A DNA stretch of 64,000 nt, taken from Anthoceros angustus. Taxonomy: Eukaryota; Plantae; Anthocerotophyta. Below, piece after piece: positions 11,800-23,849 of this stretch. Numbering within the stretch: the first letter of the stretch is position 1; each line of letters opens with the position of its first letter. The position numbers and the translations under genes were made by a program. The stretch covers positions 434,001 through 498,000 of the forward strand of contig VJWM01000068.1 in NCBI GenBank assembly GCA_010909165.1. Direction: 5' to 3'. The notes beneath the pieces were generated by a model. It ran no database searches and was not told the origin of the DNA. It saw only the letters and a program-made list of their open reading frames with translations.

Positions 11800-13500
11800 T
11801 CAAATCTATATACAAAAACCAAAATCATAACCCAAGGAAAAGGTGCACATGGCATGCACATGGTATGTATGCATGATGCATGGTTGCAATCGGATGCACG
11901 TGAACATGTCTACCTAGATCTTGTGTCATAGCGCAATCCATCTATCGCATCGTCATGTCTATACCATCTATGCATCGCATGTCTATGGCATACTATGACA
12001 CATATATAGGTCATCATCTACATAGAAAAACCTAAACACCATAACCCAAGGAAAAGGTCCACATGACATGCACATGGTATGTATGCATGATGCATGGTTG
12101 CATTCGGATGCGTGAACATGTCTACCTAGATCTTTGTCATAGCGCAATCCATCTATCGCATCGTGATGTCTATATGGCAGTACTATGACACATATATAGG
12201 TCATCGCATCTACATAGAAAAACCTAAACACCATAACCCAAGGAAAAGGTCCACATGCATGCATGGTTGCAATGGATGCACGTGAACATGTCTACCTAGA
12301 TGCCGTCATAGCGCAATCCATCTATCCGCATCGTCATGTCTATACCATCTATGCATCGCATGTCTATATGCACGGTACTATGACACATATATAGGTCATC
12401 GATCTACATAGAAAAACCTAAACACCATAACCCAAGGAAAAGGTCCACATGACATGCACATGGTATGTATGCATGATGCATGGTTGCATCGGATGCACGT
12501 GAACATGTCTACCTAGATCTGTGTCATGCGCAATCCATCTATCTCGCATCGATGTCTATATGCACGGTACTATGACACATATATAGGTCATCGCATCTAC
12601 ATAGAAAAACCTAAACACCATAACCCAAGGAAAAGCGCATGTCGTTGTTGTGCATACATATCATTTGTTCAAGGCCAAGGACAAGTATGATAATAAATAA
12701 ACCCAAAGTTTCGACATTCGGTGTGAGGTGGCACGTGATTCAACTGTTCCTTGGTCTTGACATACGGTACCGATAAACATGTCTATATATGTGGCTTCCT
12801 ACCCAATTCATAATTCGATTGTAAGTTTGTTGCATGGAGCAGCATCCATACTGCCCCCGCAGAGGTTCAGGTCAAGTAGACAAGGTCTTGTCTTCTTTCT
12901 CTCTTGTGACCTTTGGGATCCGCATTTTCCGGTAGGAGCCTCGGTCCAAACCCTTGCTATGACGTGTTTCCTTGGTCTTCGACATAAGCGAACATTGTTG
13001 TCATACCACTTGCCATATGCCATGTGATTTGGCTGCAGGGGTGCATGTGATGTGGCTTGTGCATTGAATGTATGGCATGCACATGGTGTGTATGCATGAT
13101 GTATGGTTGGGTTGGCATGTGGTGTATGTCAACATGCCTAGCTAGATGCTGTGTCATGGCACAATGAATCCATGTGCATCGTGATGCATGTGACGCATAC
13201 CATAACGGATATATAGGGTTGCGAACACATATATACGAATACATGAACAACATAACCCAATGAAAAGGGCGAGTACGTGCATCGCATACATATCATTTGT
13301 TCAAGGCCAAGGACAAGTAGGTTTTAAATAGACCTATAGTGCCTACCAAGTGAGAGGTGGCACGTGATTAACCTGTTCCTTGGTCTTCGACACGGTACCG
13401 ATAAACATGTCTATATATGTGGCTTCCTACCCATTCATTATTGTAGAAGTTTGTCCGCATGGAAAGGCATCCATACGCCATGCACTGGCTTCTTTCTCTC
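11800..13500. repeat. Internal non-coding repeat block X (~170-200-bp degenerate units with ACCCAAGGAAAAGG, CATG-rich)
   Basis: ataacccaaggaaaag recurs at about 11827, 12042, 12233, 12427 and 12620; tcatttgttcaaggccaaggacaagt occurs at about 12661 and 13292. Confidence 0.85.
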
Positions 13501-13859
13501 TGACCTTTGGGATCTAGTGGGAGCGTTAGGCAACCAACTTGATCAGGGCCAGCCTCGGTCAAATGCATTGCGCTTGCCTTGGTCTTGGAAGGGACCATTG
13601 TTCATGTGTTCATATAACGAATATGCACCTCCTTCATTATTGTCATTGTCATTCGAGGAGGGAGCTGCGAGGCAGCCCGCAACGTCATCCTCGTTTGAAT
13701 CGCAAGTGCATTGTGTTCTATGGCGGTCGTCGCTGTCCAATTGCACATTCAACCTCGTCCATTGCACATTCAACGCAATTGCCTTTTTCGCATGCTATGC
13801 ATTTGACCAATGTAAGGCATTGTATGCATTTTCGAAATTCTGGCTTTAGGCATTTTGGG

Positions 13860-14100
13860 TTGTGGTCGGCATTTTCAGCTTCTTTGGTTTGTTGGGTGGG
13901 GTGGGTTGGTGCTGGTTGGGGCGGGTTGGGGCTGGTTGGTGTGGGTTGGTGTGGGTTGGGGCGGGTTGGGGCGGTTTGTGGTGGTGGGGCCGGCTGCAGG
14001 GGTGGGGCATCTTGGTGCGGGCTCACGCAGTGGAGCTAACGGTGCCCTCGCGGATGGGCGGATGGGCGGATGGGCGGATGGGCGGATGGGCGGCCGTGGA
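13860..14100. repeat. Low-complexity GGTTG-type tract and (GGATGGGC)n microsatellite
   Basis: Directly visible in the sequence. Confidence 0.85.
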
Positions 14101-14179
14101 GCGGGCCGGGTAAGGGCGGGGAGGACCAGTGCTGGTCGGGATGGGGTCAGGATGTGGGAGTGACCAGGACAAATCTCCG

Positions 14180-17100
14180 AGCCATGAGGCCGCGGGAAGG
14201 GCCAAGGGGCAACCATGCCATCGAAAAATGTGAAGTGACAGATGGCTGCGTTGGCAGGCCAATATGGGCCATGCTCACGGATTTCATGGCAAGCAATATG
14301 GGATGGACTTCATGAGCCGGACTGCAGACCATGGCGCGCACTACGAAATACCTTATAAATGCATAGCCAGGTCGACCTGCGCATGCCTGCAATGCAGCCA
14401 TAGACATCGGATGAGAAGGGCATTTGAATAAGCCAGGGGCACAATGAATTGCTTCCAGAGCGTCAGGTATTGGTGTGCGGTCCGGACACAAATGCTCGGA
14501 GGCGGCGCAGTGATACCGCATCATTTGCCCTATGCGGCCCACTATGTTACTGCGGACCATATCGGACCCAATATGTTAGTGCGACACGCGTACAGATCTT
14601 CGCACATGTGACGCGGAAGGAACCATGGACCCTCCGCCTGCGGCATGTTTGGCGGGCGCCCAGCGGAAGTCAAACGCCGGCGACCCACTACGTCATGTCC
14701 TCTGCAACAACCAGGCGGAAGTGGTGCGGTGAGCGGCAACGCGATGAGGGTGTGGCGTGGCGCGCGCCGCATGGGCGCACTATGGCGGCGCGGCGCAACT
14801 TGTGGAGAGTATTGCAGCCGCATAGCTGCAACGCAGCAATCATGTTTTGCGGGAGCCAAAACTTCGCTGCAATCGCAGCCGGCCCCCTCTCGTAACTCAA
14901 CGATGTACCGCATGCCGGCAGTATGTCGTATGGGATACGGAGGATTATGGACAATGATTTCAGCTTTCCGGCTGCAACCCCACCCTTGAACACCGCCACG
15001 CAATGCTTGCGACATCACCGCCATCGATCTCCTTGCACATGCGCGTCTCGTCCCACAACCGAGGCGCCTCCTGCGGGCGCCTCCTGCGGGCGGCGCGGTG
15101 GACATAAGGTATCGCGGATCTTGCACACAGGCTCCATGGCGTCTAGCGGAAGACACCGTGAGCATTGCACATCACAACCCGCTCGGGCAGCAGACGAAGA
15201 TGAAATTGTGGGCACACAGTTCTTGATGGGCACGCACGAAGGAGAAGACGATCCGCGGATGGAGGCGGATGGAGGCGGCCGTGTCGGCTGCCCTCAGCGG
15301 ATGGAGGCGGCCGTGTCGGCTGCCCGCCTGCCATCGCAGGCCGCGCCGCGAGCCGTTCGCGCCCAGCGGAAGTCAAACGCCGGCGACCCTTGGCGTGACG
15401 CGCCACGCCCAAGATCGCGGACCGCGGACGGCACCTGCCGTCAGCCAAGCTGCCATCGTCGGAGCAGCTCGGAGGTTCAACGTGGTCGTCCCAGGCGGCC
15501 CTTCCACATATGGCGGGAATGGGTGGGAGGATCTCACGCATTCCGCGCCACGCCACATTGGTGGGAGGAGGAGACGGCGCGGAGAGCGAGGCGCCTCCTG
15601 CGGGCGCCGTTGGGACAATCCCATTCACGCAGCGGAATCACGGGTGCGGGTATAGGCCCGCGGAAGAAGCAAAGAGCGGAGGAGGAGACGGCGCGGAGGA
15701 GGCGGGCGCACGAAGTCCCGGATACAAGTACCGACAAGGCTTTCCCAAGGTCGACTTGGGAGATGGAGAAGGCGGCGTTGTCTTCGTGTCCGCGCCGACC
15801 ACGCAGTGGAGCTAACGGTGCCCTCGCATGCCGGGGGCCAGATAACGAACGCCGTCAAGGAACGGCGGTGTGCGCCATTGTTGATGCGTGCGAGGCTCTA
15901 TTCGACAAGCCGTGGCGATGCAGGACGGGCGCTTTGTGGTCCGTGATGCCTTGTCAGCGACACACAAGTCCGGTGTATCCGACATTCTGTCAATTTCCCC
16001 GAAGACACACAGAGGCCGACTGATGCAAATGCTGTACATCCGGGACGTGGACGCGCAATTTACACCTCCGGCGGAGGCGGGAGGCGGCGGCGCCGAGGTG
16101 TACGATTGGGTTCCGGAGGAGGAAGAAGTGGATGTCACCGAGGGATGGGAGGGATAGCGGGCGGCGCGGTGGTCGTGGCGCGCTCGGAGGAAGAGTTCAA
16201 CAACGCTGCCGACCGTCCGCATCCCCGACCTTGAGGCACCGCCAAGATCCCACCCGCCACCGGGACATGTGGGAGGAGGCACAATTTCCTCTCCTCAAGG
16301 CCAACGCAGCGCGGTAGAGCCTGCAGGAGGCGGGCGCACGAAGTCCCGCGCGAGGCGGCGCTGCACGCCTGCTGATGGAGGCGGCGCGGAGGCGGGAGGA
16401 GGCTCGACGCATGGCAACGGACCTTCTTAGTTGTGGAAGAGCTCCGCACACACCACCGCAGTGGGAAGGCGCGCGGCGGCCGTGTCGGCTGCCCGCCGCC
16501 ATCGAGAGGAGCTTCTTTTCTTCAAATTTTGGGTCACTTGCGGAGAAGGCAGAATGGCGATCGCGAACAGATGCGGGCGGCTGCGCTTGCAAGGCTGCAA
16601 CATCTGTGGACACGGCGCAGTACGAACTCGGAAGGGCTCGCATCCGATGGTCCAAGGCATGGACGGCCGGAAATGTTCGACATCGCCACCATCCGGGGTT
16701 CTTCGTGACGCAGCTCCAGCCGGGCTGGTGCGCCTTCTCGAGGACATGGACGACGACCAGACCTTCGATCCATGACGGCGGAAGAGTTGCATAACGCGAA
16801 TAGCACCAACTTGAGGTTCGCGATGGATGAGGAGGAGATGCTCCGATCGACCGCAGCCCACCGCAGTGGGTCGCTTCAGGCGAGGCACCGAGGAAGGCGG
16901 AGAAAGAACGGCGTGACGCGCGCTTGGCATTCCGGCGGAGGAAGCGACGATGCCGCACGCCGCGATGCGGTTTGCGGTGACCGAAGGCTCAGATGCCGTC
17001 CGAACGAGCAGAGCGGCGATTCGAGGACATCCTAACCCTCCGTGAGTGCGAAGATGCCATTATTGCAGGGTGCCTGATGGGGTTCGCAACGCCACGGCTT

Positions 17101-20100
17101 TGGTGATTGCAGGTTGAGGCGGGCATGGAGTGCCAACAACTGTTCGACAATTTCGCGGGCCGGGAGGGACCTTTCCCACCGCTTAGAGTGCGATCGCACT
17201 GCACGGGACATGGTGATGTAGTCCACGAGGTTGGAAGGACGCAGCGGCCTACGAGACGGTGCATCGCCGAGGCTCGGAAGTACTGGAGTCGCCGTCATTT
17301 GTGGACGGCGTGTTCGAACGCAACGCGGGCTCGGCGGTGCTACACATTACCACATCGCCCATGGAGTGCATCCGACCCCTACGGCGCATGGTAAGATATA
17401 TGGCATCAATTGATGCAAAATGTGCAGTGCCGACGACGGCAGATGCCTCCTTGTGCGAGCCATGTTCTTCGCCACCGCTACGTCACCGGCAAATGGCATT
17501 GAGGTGAGTCGTCCCATGACATTTGCCACACTCGACGCACTAGGGAGCCAAAAGGATGGCGTGCACAAGGAGTGGAAGGATGCGGGCACGAGAGGGCGTT
17601 GAAGAGGGCTTTTAAGACGGATATGTTGACAACCACCCACCTCATGGCCATCCTCCAAGAATCAAACGCGGGCTCGGCGAAGAGGAGCAAGAAAGCGATT
17701 TCATCGGCCGCTGGTCCGATGGCGCATGTGCTCCGGATTTTTCAAGCATGTGGCCGACCTGAAGCCCTCGCATGTCCTGGGGCGGCAGGTGGCGCGCATT
17801 CGGAAGAAGGTGCAGGACCGCTTTTATTCACCGGTGCCCGCACGCGTTGGCGGGTGGGTGGGAGAGGGTTCCGGCATGTGGTGCACACTGGACAAGAGGG
17901 CCATGTTGGAGTGTCTAGGGAGTGCACGCTTTGAGAGTGTCACTGTTCTTCACCGCCACGCATGGATGCAGGCGACGCCTCGAGTGAGTGAGATTCGAGG
18001 CGCTTGCCGCAGCTTAGAGAAATGTTCGTGAAATCGCCGAGAGATGTCATTCGGCGATAGAGCTACTGCTCACCTTCATCACCGGCGAGTTTACTTCGCA
18101 GGCCAATGGTGGTCGTGCAAGTTCCTCCGGCATTTGGGCACCGCCTCGAGGACGTGCTCGCACTCTCGCTCCCGCCTATGTCTCAAGCTCGTGATGGCCA
18201 CGCGGGTGAAGCCATCCGCATGAACTCCGTGTATGGGAACGCTTGAAAGGCCGGCCTCGAGTCGGACTGCTTCATTAGAGACCGCAAGTGGTTTTCGAAG
18301 TTGTGTTTGTCTGGCCCCGCACAAGAGGGCACTAATGTGAAGAGACTTTGAGCCGTCCGCACTCGCTTGGTTTGCGATGGCGGATACGAAAACGAGGCAC
18401 CGCACGCATGGATGCAGGCGACGCCTCGACGTGAATTGCTTTCCGTCACCAATTGAGAATGGACAGAAACAAGGTCGGGGCGCAATAATACGGAAAACCG
18501 TAGGGTTGGCGGTGGCATTTGCGCCGGGCCAGGTCGAATGGCGCGGGAACGGAAGTGCAGTCCGCCAGAGGTTCCAATCGGCCGCGGCCTGCCCGACAAT
18601 CACAATGGGCAAATGGAAAGAGGTGCAGGCAGTGAGGTTTTGGAGGCGGAAGGTCTTCCACTGTGGAGCGTGCACCGGGTACGCATGGCGACTGCGAGGG
18701 TGGTGCATCACGAGCAAGGTTGTTGTCATTGCGACAATCCGAGGTGGACAGCTCAAAGTTCTTCTGTACATCGGATGCGAGCTGCTCATAATAGCAATGG
18801 CGCGATTCGGAAGAAGACAACCGCAGAAGTGTGCGACGTGGAAGTGCGGTCGTTCCGAGTGTGCTCACCGATGAGACAGCGAGGTTTGGGCCACCGCATT
18901 CCGCCGGTGAGGTGCCGGGCATGACGCCGAGGAGTTTGACCGCGTGTGGAAGACGGGATGCAGCGCAGGTCGCGGGATGCGGAGGAAGGCGCTTTGGTGC
19001 ATCATCGATGGTGAGCCCACTCGCACGCCGCACACCATCCGCTGTCGCAGCGGTGCCTTATGCGGTGGGAGGAAGGTCCTTCAATGCGCAGTGGAGGGGC
19101 GGCGGTGGCGCGATTCGGAAGAAGGTGCAGGACCGCTTTTATTCACCGGTGCCCGCACGCTTGGGTGGGTGGGAGAGGGTTCCGGCATGTGGTGCACACT
19201 GGACAAGAGGGCCATGTTGGAGTGTCTAGGGAGTGCACGCTTTGAGAGTGTCACTGTTCTTCACCGCCACGCATGGATGCAGGCGACGCTCGAGTGAGTG
19301 AGATTCGAGGCGCTTGCCGCAGCTTAGAGAAATGTTCGTGAAATCGCCGAGAGATGTCATTCGGCGATAGAGCTACTGCTCACCTTCATCACCGGCGAGT
19401 TTACTTCGCAGGCCAATGGTGGTCGCAAGTTCCTCCGGCATTTGGGCACCGCCTCGAGGACGTGCTCGCACTCATCGCCCCGCCTATGTCTCAAGCTCGT
19501 GATGGCCACGCGGGTGAAGCCATCCGCATGAACTCCGTGTATGGGAACGCTTGAAAGGCCGGCCTCGAGTCGGACTGCTTCATTAGAGACCGCAAGTGGT
19601 TTTCGAAGTTGTGTTTGTCTGGCCCCGCACAAGAGGGCACTAATGTGAAGAGACTTTGAGCCGTCCGCACTCGCTTGGTTTGCGATGGCGGATACGAAAA
19701 CGAGGCACCGCACGCATGGATGCAGGCGACGCCTCGACGTGAATTGCTTTCCGTCACCAATTGAGAATGGATGAAACAAGGTCGCAATAATACGGAAACC
19801 GTAGGGTTGGCGGTGGCATTTGCCGGGCCAGTCGAATGGCGCGGAACTAAGTGCGCCCGCCGGAGGTTCCAATCGGCCGCGCCCCGCCCGACAACCACAA
19901 TGGGCAAATGGAAAGAGGTGCAGCGGAGGTTTTGGAGGCGGAAGGTCTTCCAGGTGGAGCGTGCACCGGTACGCATGGCGATCGCGAGGGTGGTGCATCA
20001 CGAGCAAGGTTGTTGTCATTGCGACAATCCGAGGTGGACAGCTCAAAGTTCTTCTGTACATCGGATGCGAGCTGCTCATAATAGCAATGGCGCGATTCGG

Positions 20101-20580
20101 AAGAAGACAACCGCAGAAGTGTGCGACGTGGAAGTGCGGTCGTTCCGAGTGTGCTCACCGATGAGACAGCGAGGTTTGGGCCACCGCATTCCGCCGGTGA
20201 GGTGCCGGGCATGACGCCGAGGAGTTTGACCGCGTGTGGAAGACGGGATGCAGCGCAGGTCGCGGGATGCGGAGGAAGGCGCTTTGGTGCATCATCGATG
20301 GTGAGCCCACTCGCACGCCGCACACCATCCGCTGTCGCAGCGGTGCCTTATGCGGTGGGAGGAAGGTCCTTCAATGCGCAGTGGAGGGGCGGGCGGCGAT
20401 CGGGGCGGGCGAGAGGCGCAGGGAATGGCCTCCAAAGGGAGGTGCATTTCTGATTGCGGCCCTGGCCGCAATCACCGGAGGCATAGCGGTGAACTTGCCT
20501 GGGGTGGCGATGGCAACAGTGCTGCTCATAATAGCAATGGCCGCGATCGCGAGTGGAAGAGTGGTTGTGGAATGGCGGTA
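14180..20580 (+). pseudogene. Transposon cargo gene(s) D, unknown, frameshifted, 3' part tandemly duplicated
   Basis: Protein-like pieces: AIVDACEALFDK..RGRLMQMLYIRDVDAQF; GLVRLLEDMDDDQTFDP; KRAFKTDMLTTTHLMAILQES; RIRKKVQDRFYSPVP..WCTLDKRAMLECLG; HHRRVYFAGQWW. Candidate intron 17042-17112 (GTGAGT...TTGCAG). About 17795-19100 repeats at about 19105-20390. Confidence 0.45.
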
Positions 20581-21299
20581 GCAAAGGGCACTGTTTTATA
20601 CTCCTCCATAAGTTTGGTGTTTCGCAAACGCCGCAGTTGATTTGTAATCGGTCCAAAGCCTAATGACGAATTTGCTCGTAGTGGTCGGTCCAAAGCACAA
20701 CGACTTGGTGTTTCGTTTTCATGTCTTTGTATCATGGCAACTAGTCCTCGGCCTTTGGCCCAATGACGAAAACAACATGACGAAAACAACATCGCTGCCA
20801 TTCGCCTTAGGCCGAGGACTAGTTCATGACATGATTTTTTCTGGTTGACGTCCAAAGGCCAAGGACTAAAATGTACTCCTGGATTGACGAATGGTCCGAA
20901 TGTAAGGTCCGATTCATGTGTAGGTAGAAAATCCATTTCCCAACTACACGGTACTTGCCTATCCTGCCCTGCCTGCCTATATATACGAAGACAAGGCCTT
21001 CCCCTTTGGACCATCCTGACCGTCATGAAAGGGAAAATACTCATTGGCCTTTGGAGCTTTCACATTGGCAATGAAGGGAACAAAACTCCTTGGCCTTTGC
21101 ACCAATATGTCAATCAATGAAGGGAAGGAAGACCTTGGCCTTTGGACCAAACCGAGAATCACCAAATGAAACCAAGTAGCTATGCGACCATTGCGACCGC
21201 TTAGCTGTGACCATTGCGGCTGCATAGGTGCGACCATTGCGACAAAGACACGCGAACGACGGTCCCACTAGACAATGCGGTTCCCAAAGGTGAGAAGAG

Positions 21300-23830
21300 G
21301 GAAAAGAGAAAAGAAGGGACTAAGTATGGCTGCCTATCCTTTATGACAAACATGTACAATCGAAGAATCATAGGTTGGGTAGCCCACATATATAGGCAAA
21401 ACCACCGGGACTCTCGATGAAGCACCACCGCACGATGGTAGGCACTATGATCTATTTAGAGTCCTACTTCTCCTTGGCCTTTGAACAAATGATATTTATG
21501 CGCTTAACAACCTACTAGCCCTTTTCCTTGGTTTATGATTTTGTATTTTCTATATAGGTGCGGTGACCTATATATGTGTCGAGTAATCGTGCCTTACAAA
21601 CATCGCGATGCACATAGGTTGATTGTGCCATGACACAACATCTAGGTAGACATGTTCACATACACCACATGACGTGGTCCAAAGGCCAAGGCCAAGGACG
21701 TTTCTTCCTATATATAGGCGGTAGGGCGGGGATAGGCAAGTAGCGTGTAGTTGGTAGTCCATGGTTGGGTAGCCCACATATAGGCAAAAACCGGAACTTG
21801 ATGGAGTGCCACCTCACGATGGTAGGCGCTTAGGTATATTTGTAATCCCACTTGTCCTTGGCCTTGAACAATTGATATTCATGCAATCAAGAACGACGCC
21901 TTTTCCTTGGGTTATGGTGTTTACGTAGTTTGAATATAGATGCGACCTATATATGTGTCATAGTACCGAACATGCATCACGATGCACATAGATGGAAAAG
22001 GTGCCCATGATGAGCATCTAGGTATACATGTTCACATACTTCACATGTCAACCATCCATCCTGCATGCATGCATACCATGTGCTTTCCATGTGCACATTT
22101 TCCTTGGGTTTTGATTTTTAGGTCTTTTCTATATAGATTCGTTGACGATGTATGTGTCGAGTACCGTCGAACATATATCACGATGCACATGCACATGGTA
22201 TGTATGCATGATGCCCGTTGATGTGATGCATGTGACCATGTCTACGTAGATGCCGTGTCGTGGGCACCTTTTCCTTGGGTTTTGATTTTTATGTCTTCTC
22301 TATATCGCACGTGACCTTTATATGTGTCATGGTACCCTTCCGACATGCATGACGGTGCACATACATGGATTGTGCCATGGCACAAAGATCTAGGTACAAA
22401 TGTTCGATGCATCACATGACAACCAGCCATCATGCATACATACCATGTGGATGCCATCCATAGGCAATGCACATGTGACATTGGTCCAAATGCGAAGGAC
22501 TTTTCTTCCTATTTATAGGCAAGGCGGGGAAAGGCAAGTACGTAGATGCCGTGTCGTGGGCACCTTTTCCTTGGGTTTTGATTTTTATGTCTTCTCTATA
22601 TCGCACGTGACCTTTATATGTGGCATGGTACCCTTCCGACATGCATGACGGTGCACATACATGGATTGTGCCATGGCACAAAGATCTAGGTACAAATGTT
22701 CGATGCATCACATGACAACCAGCCATCATGCATACATACCATGTGGATGCCATCCATAGGCAATGCACATGTGACATTGGTCCAAATCGAAGGACTTTTC
22801 TTCCTATTTATAGGCAAGGCGGGGAAAGGCAATCGTAGATGCCATGGATAGATGGCGTGAACACATCGGAAAAGGCGGAAGTGGTAGGTTGACTAGCGGT
22901 CAACGATCGTCCGGACTCCAAGCAAGCAGAAGCACGCTTAGAAGGTTGGAACCGCATGAATCGAAAGCGGCGGTGGCAACATGCGTGAGCCCTCCGCAGC
23001 CTGTGGCGGTGGTGTTGGAAATCGAATAGTCACAGCAGCTTGGCGCGAAGCGGCCAAACAGTCCTGGTGGCAACGGCGATGCATTGGGGTGCCAAATGCC
23101 ACCGCACGATGGTAGGCGATTAGGTATATTTGTAATCCCACTTGTCCTTGGCCTTGAACAATTGATATTCATGCAATCAAGAACGTACGCCCTTTTCCTT
23201 GGGTTATGGTGTTTACGTAGTTTGAATATAGATGCGACCTATATATGTGTCATAGTACCCTGCCGAACATGCATCACGATGCACATAGATGGAAAAGGTG
23301 CCCATGACACAGCATCTAGGTATACATGTTCACATACTTCACATGTCAACCATCCATCCTGCATGCATGCATACCATGTGCTTTCCATGTGCACATTTTC
23401 CTTGGGTTTTGATTTTTAGGTCTTTTCTATATAGATTCGTTGACGTATGTATGTGTCAGAGTACCGTGCCGAACATATATCACGATGCACATGCACATGG
23501 TATGTATGCATGATGCCTGGTTGACAGGTGATGCATGTGACCATGTCTACGTAGATGCTGTGTCGTGGGCACCTTTTCCTTGGGTTTTGATTTTTATGTC
23601 TTCTCTATATACTGGCACGTGACCTTTATATGTGGCATGGTACCCTTCCGACATGCATGACGGTGCACATACATGGATTGTGCCATGGCACAAAGATCTA
23701 GGTACAAATGTTCATGCATCACATGACAACCAGCCATCATGCATACATACCATGTGGATGCCATCCATAGGCAATGCACATGTGACATTGGTCCAAATCG
23801 AAGGACTTTTCTTCCTATTTATAGGCAAGG
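21300..23830. repeat. Internal non-coding repeat block X' (inverted relative to 11800-13500)
   Basis: Reverse-complement motifs ttttccttgggtt (many copies), acttgtccttggccttgaaca (about 21850 and 23140) and gggtagcccacatata. Confidence 0.85.
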
Positions 23831-23849
23831 CGGGGAAAGGCAATCGTAG

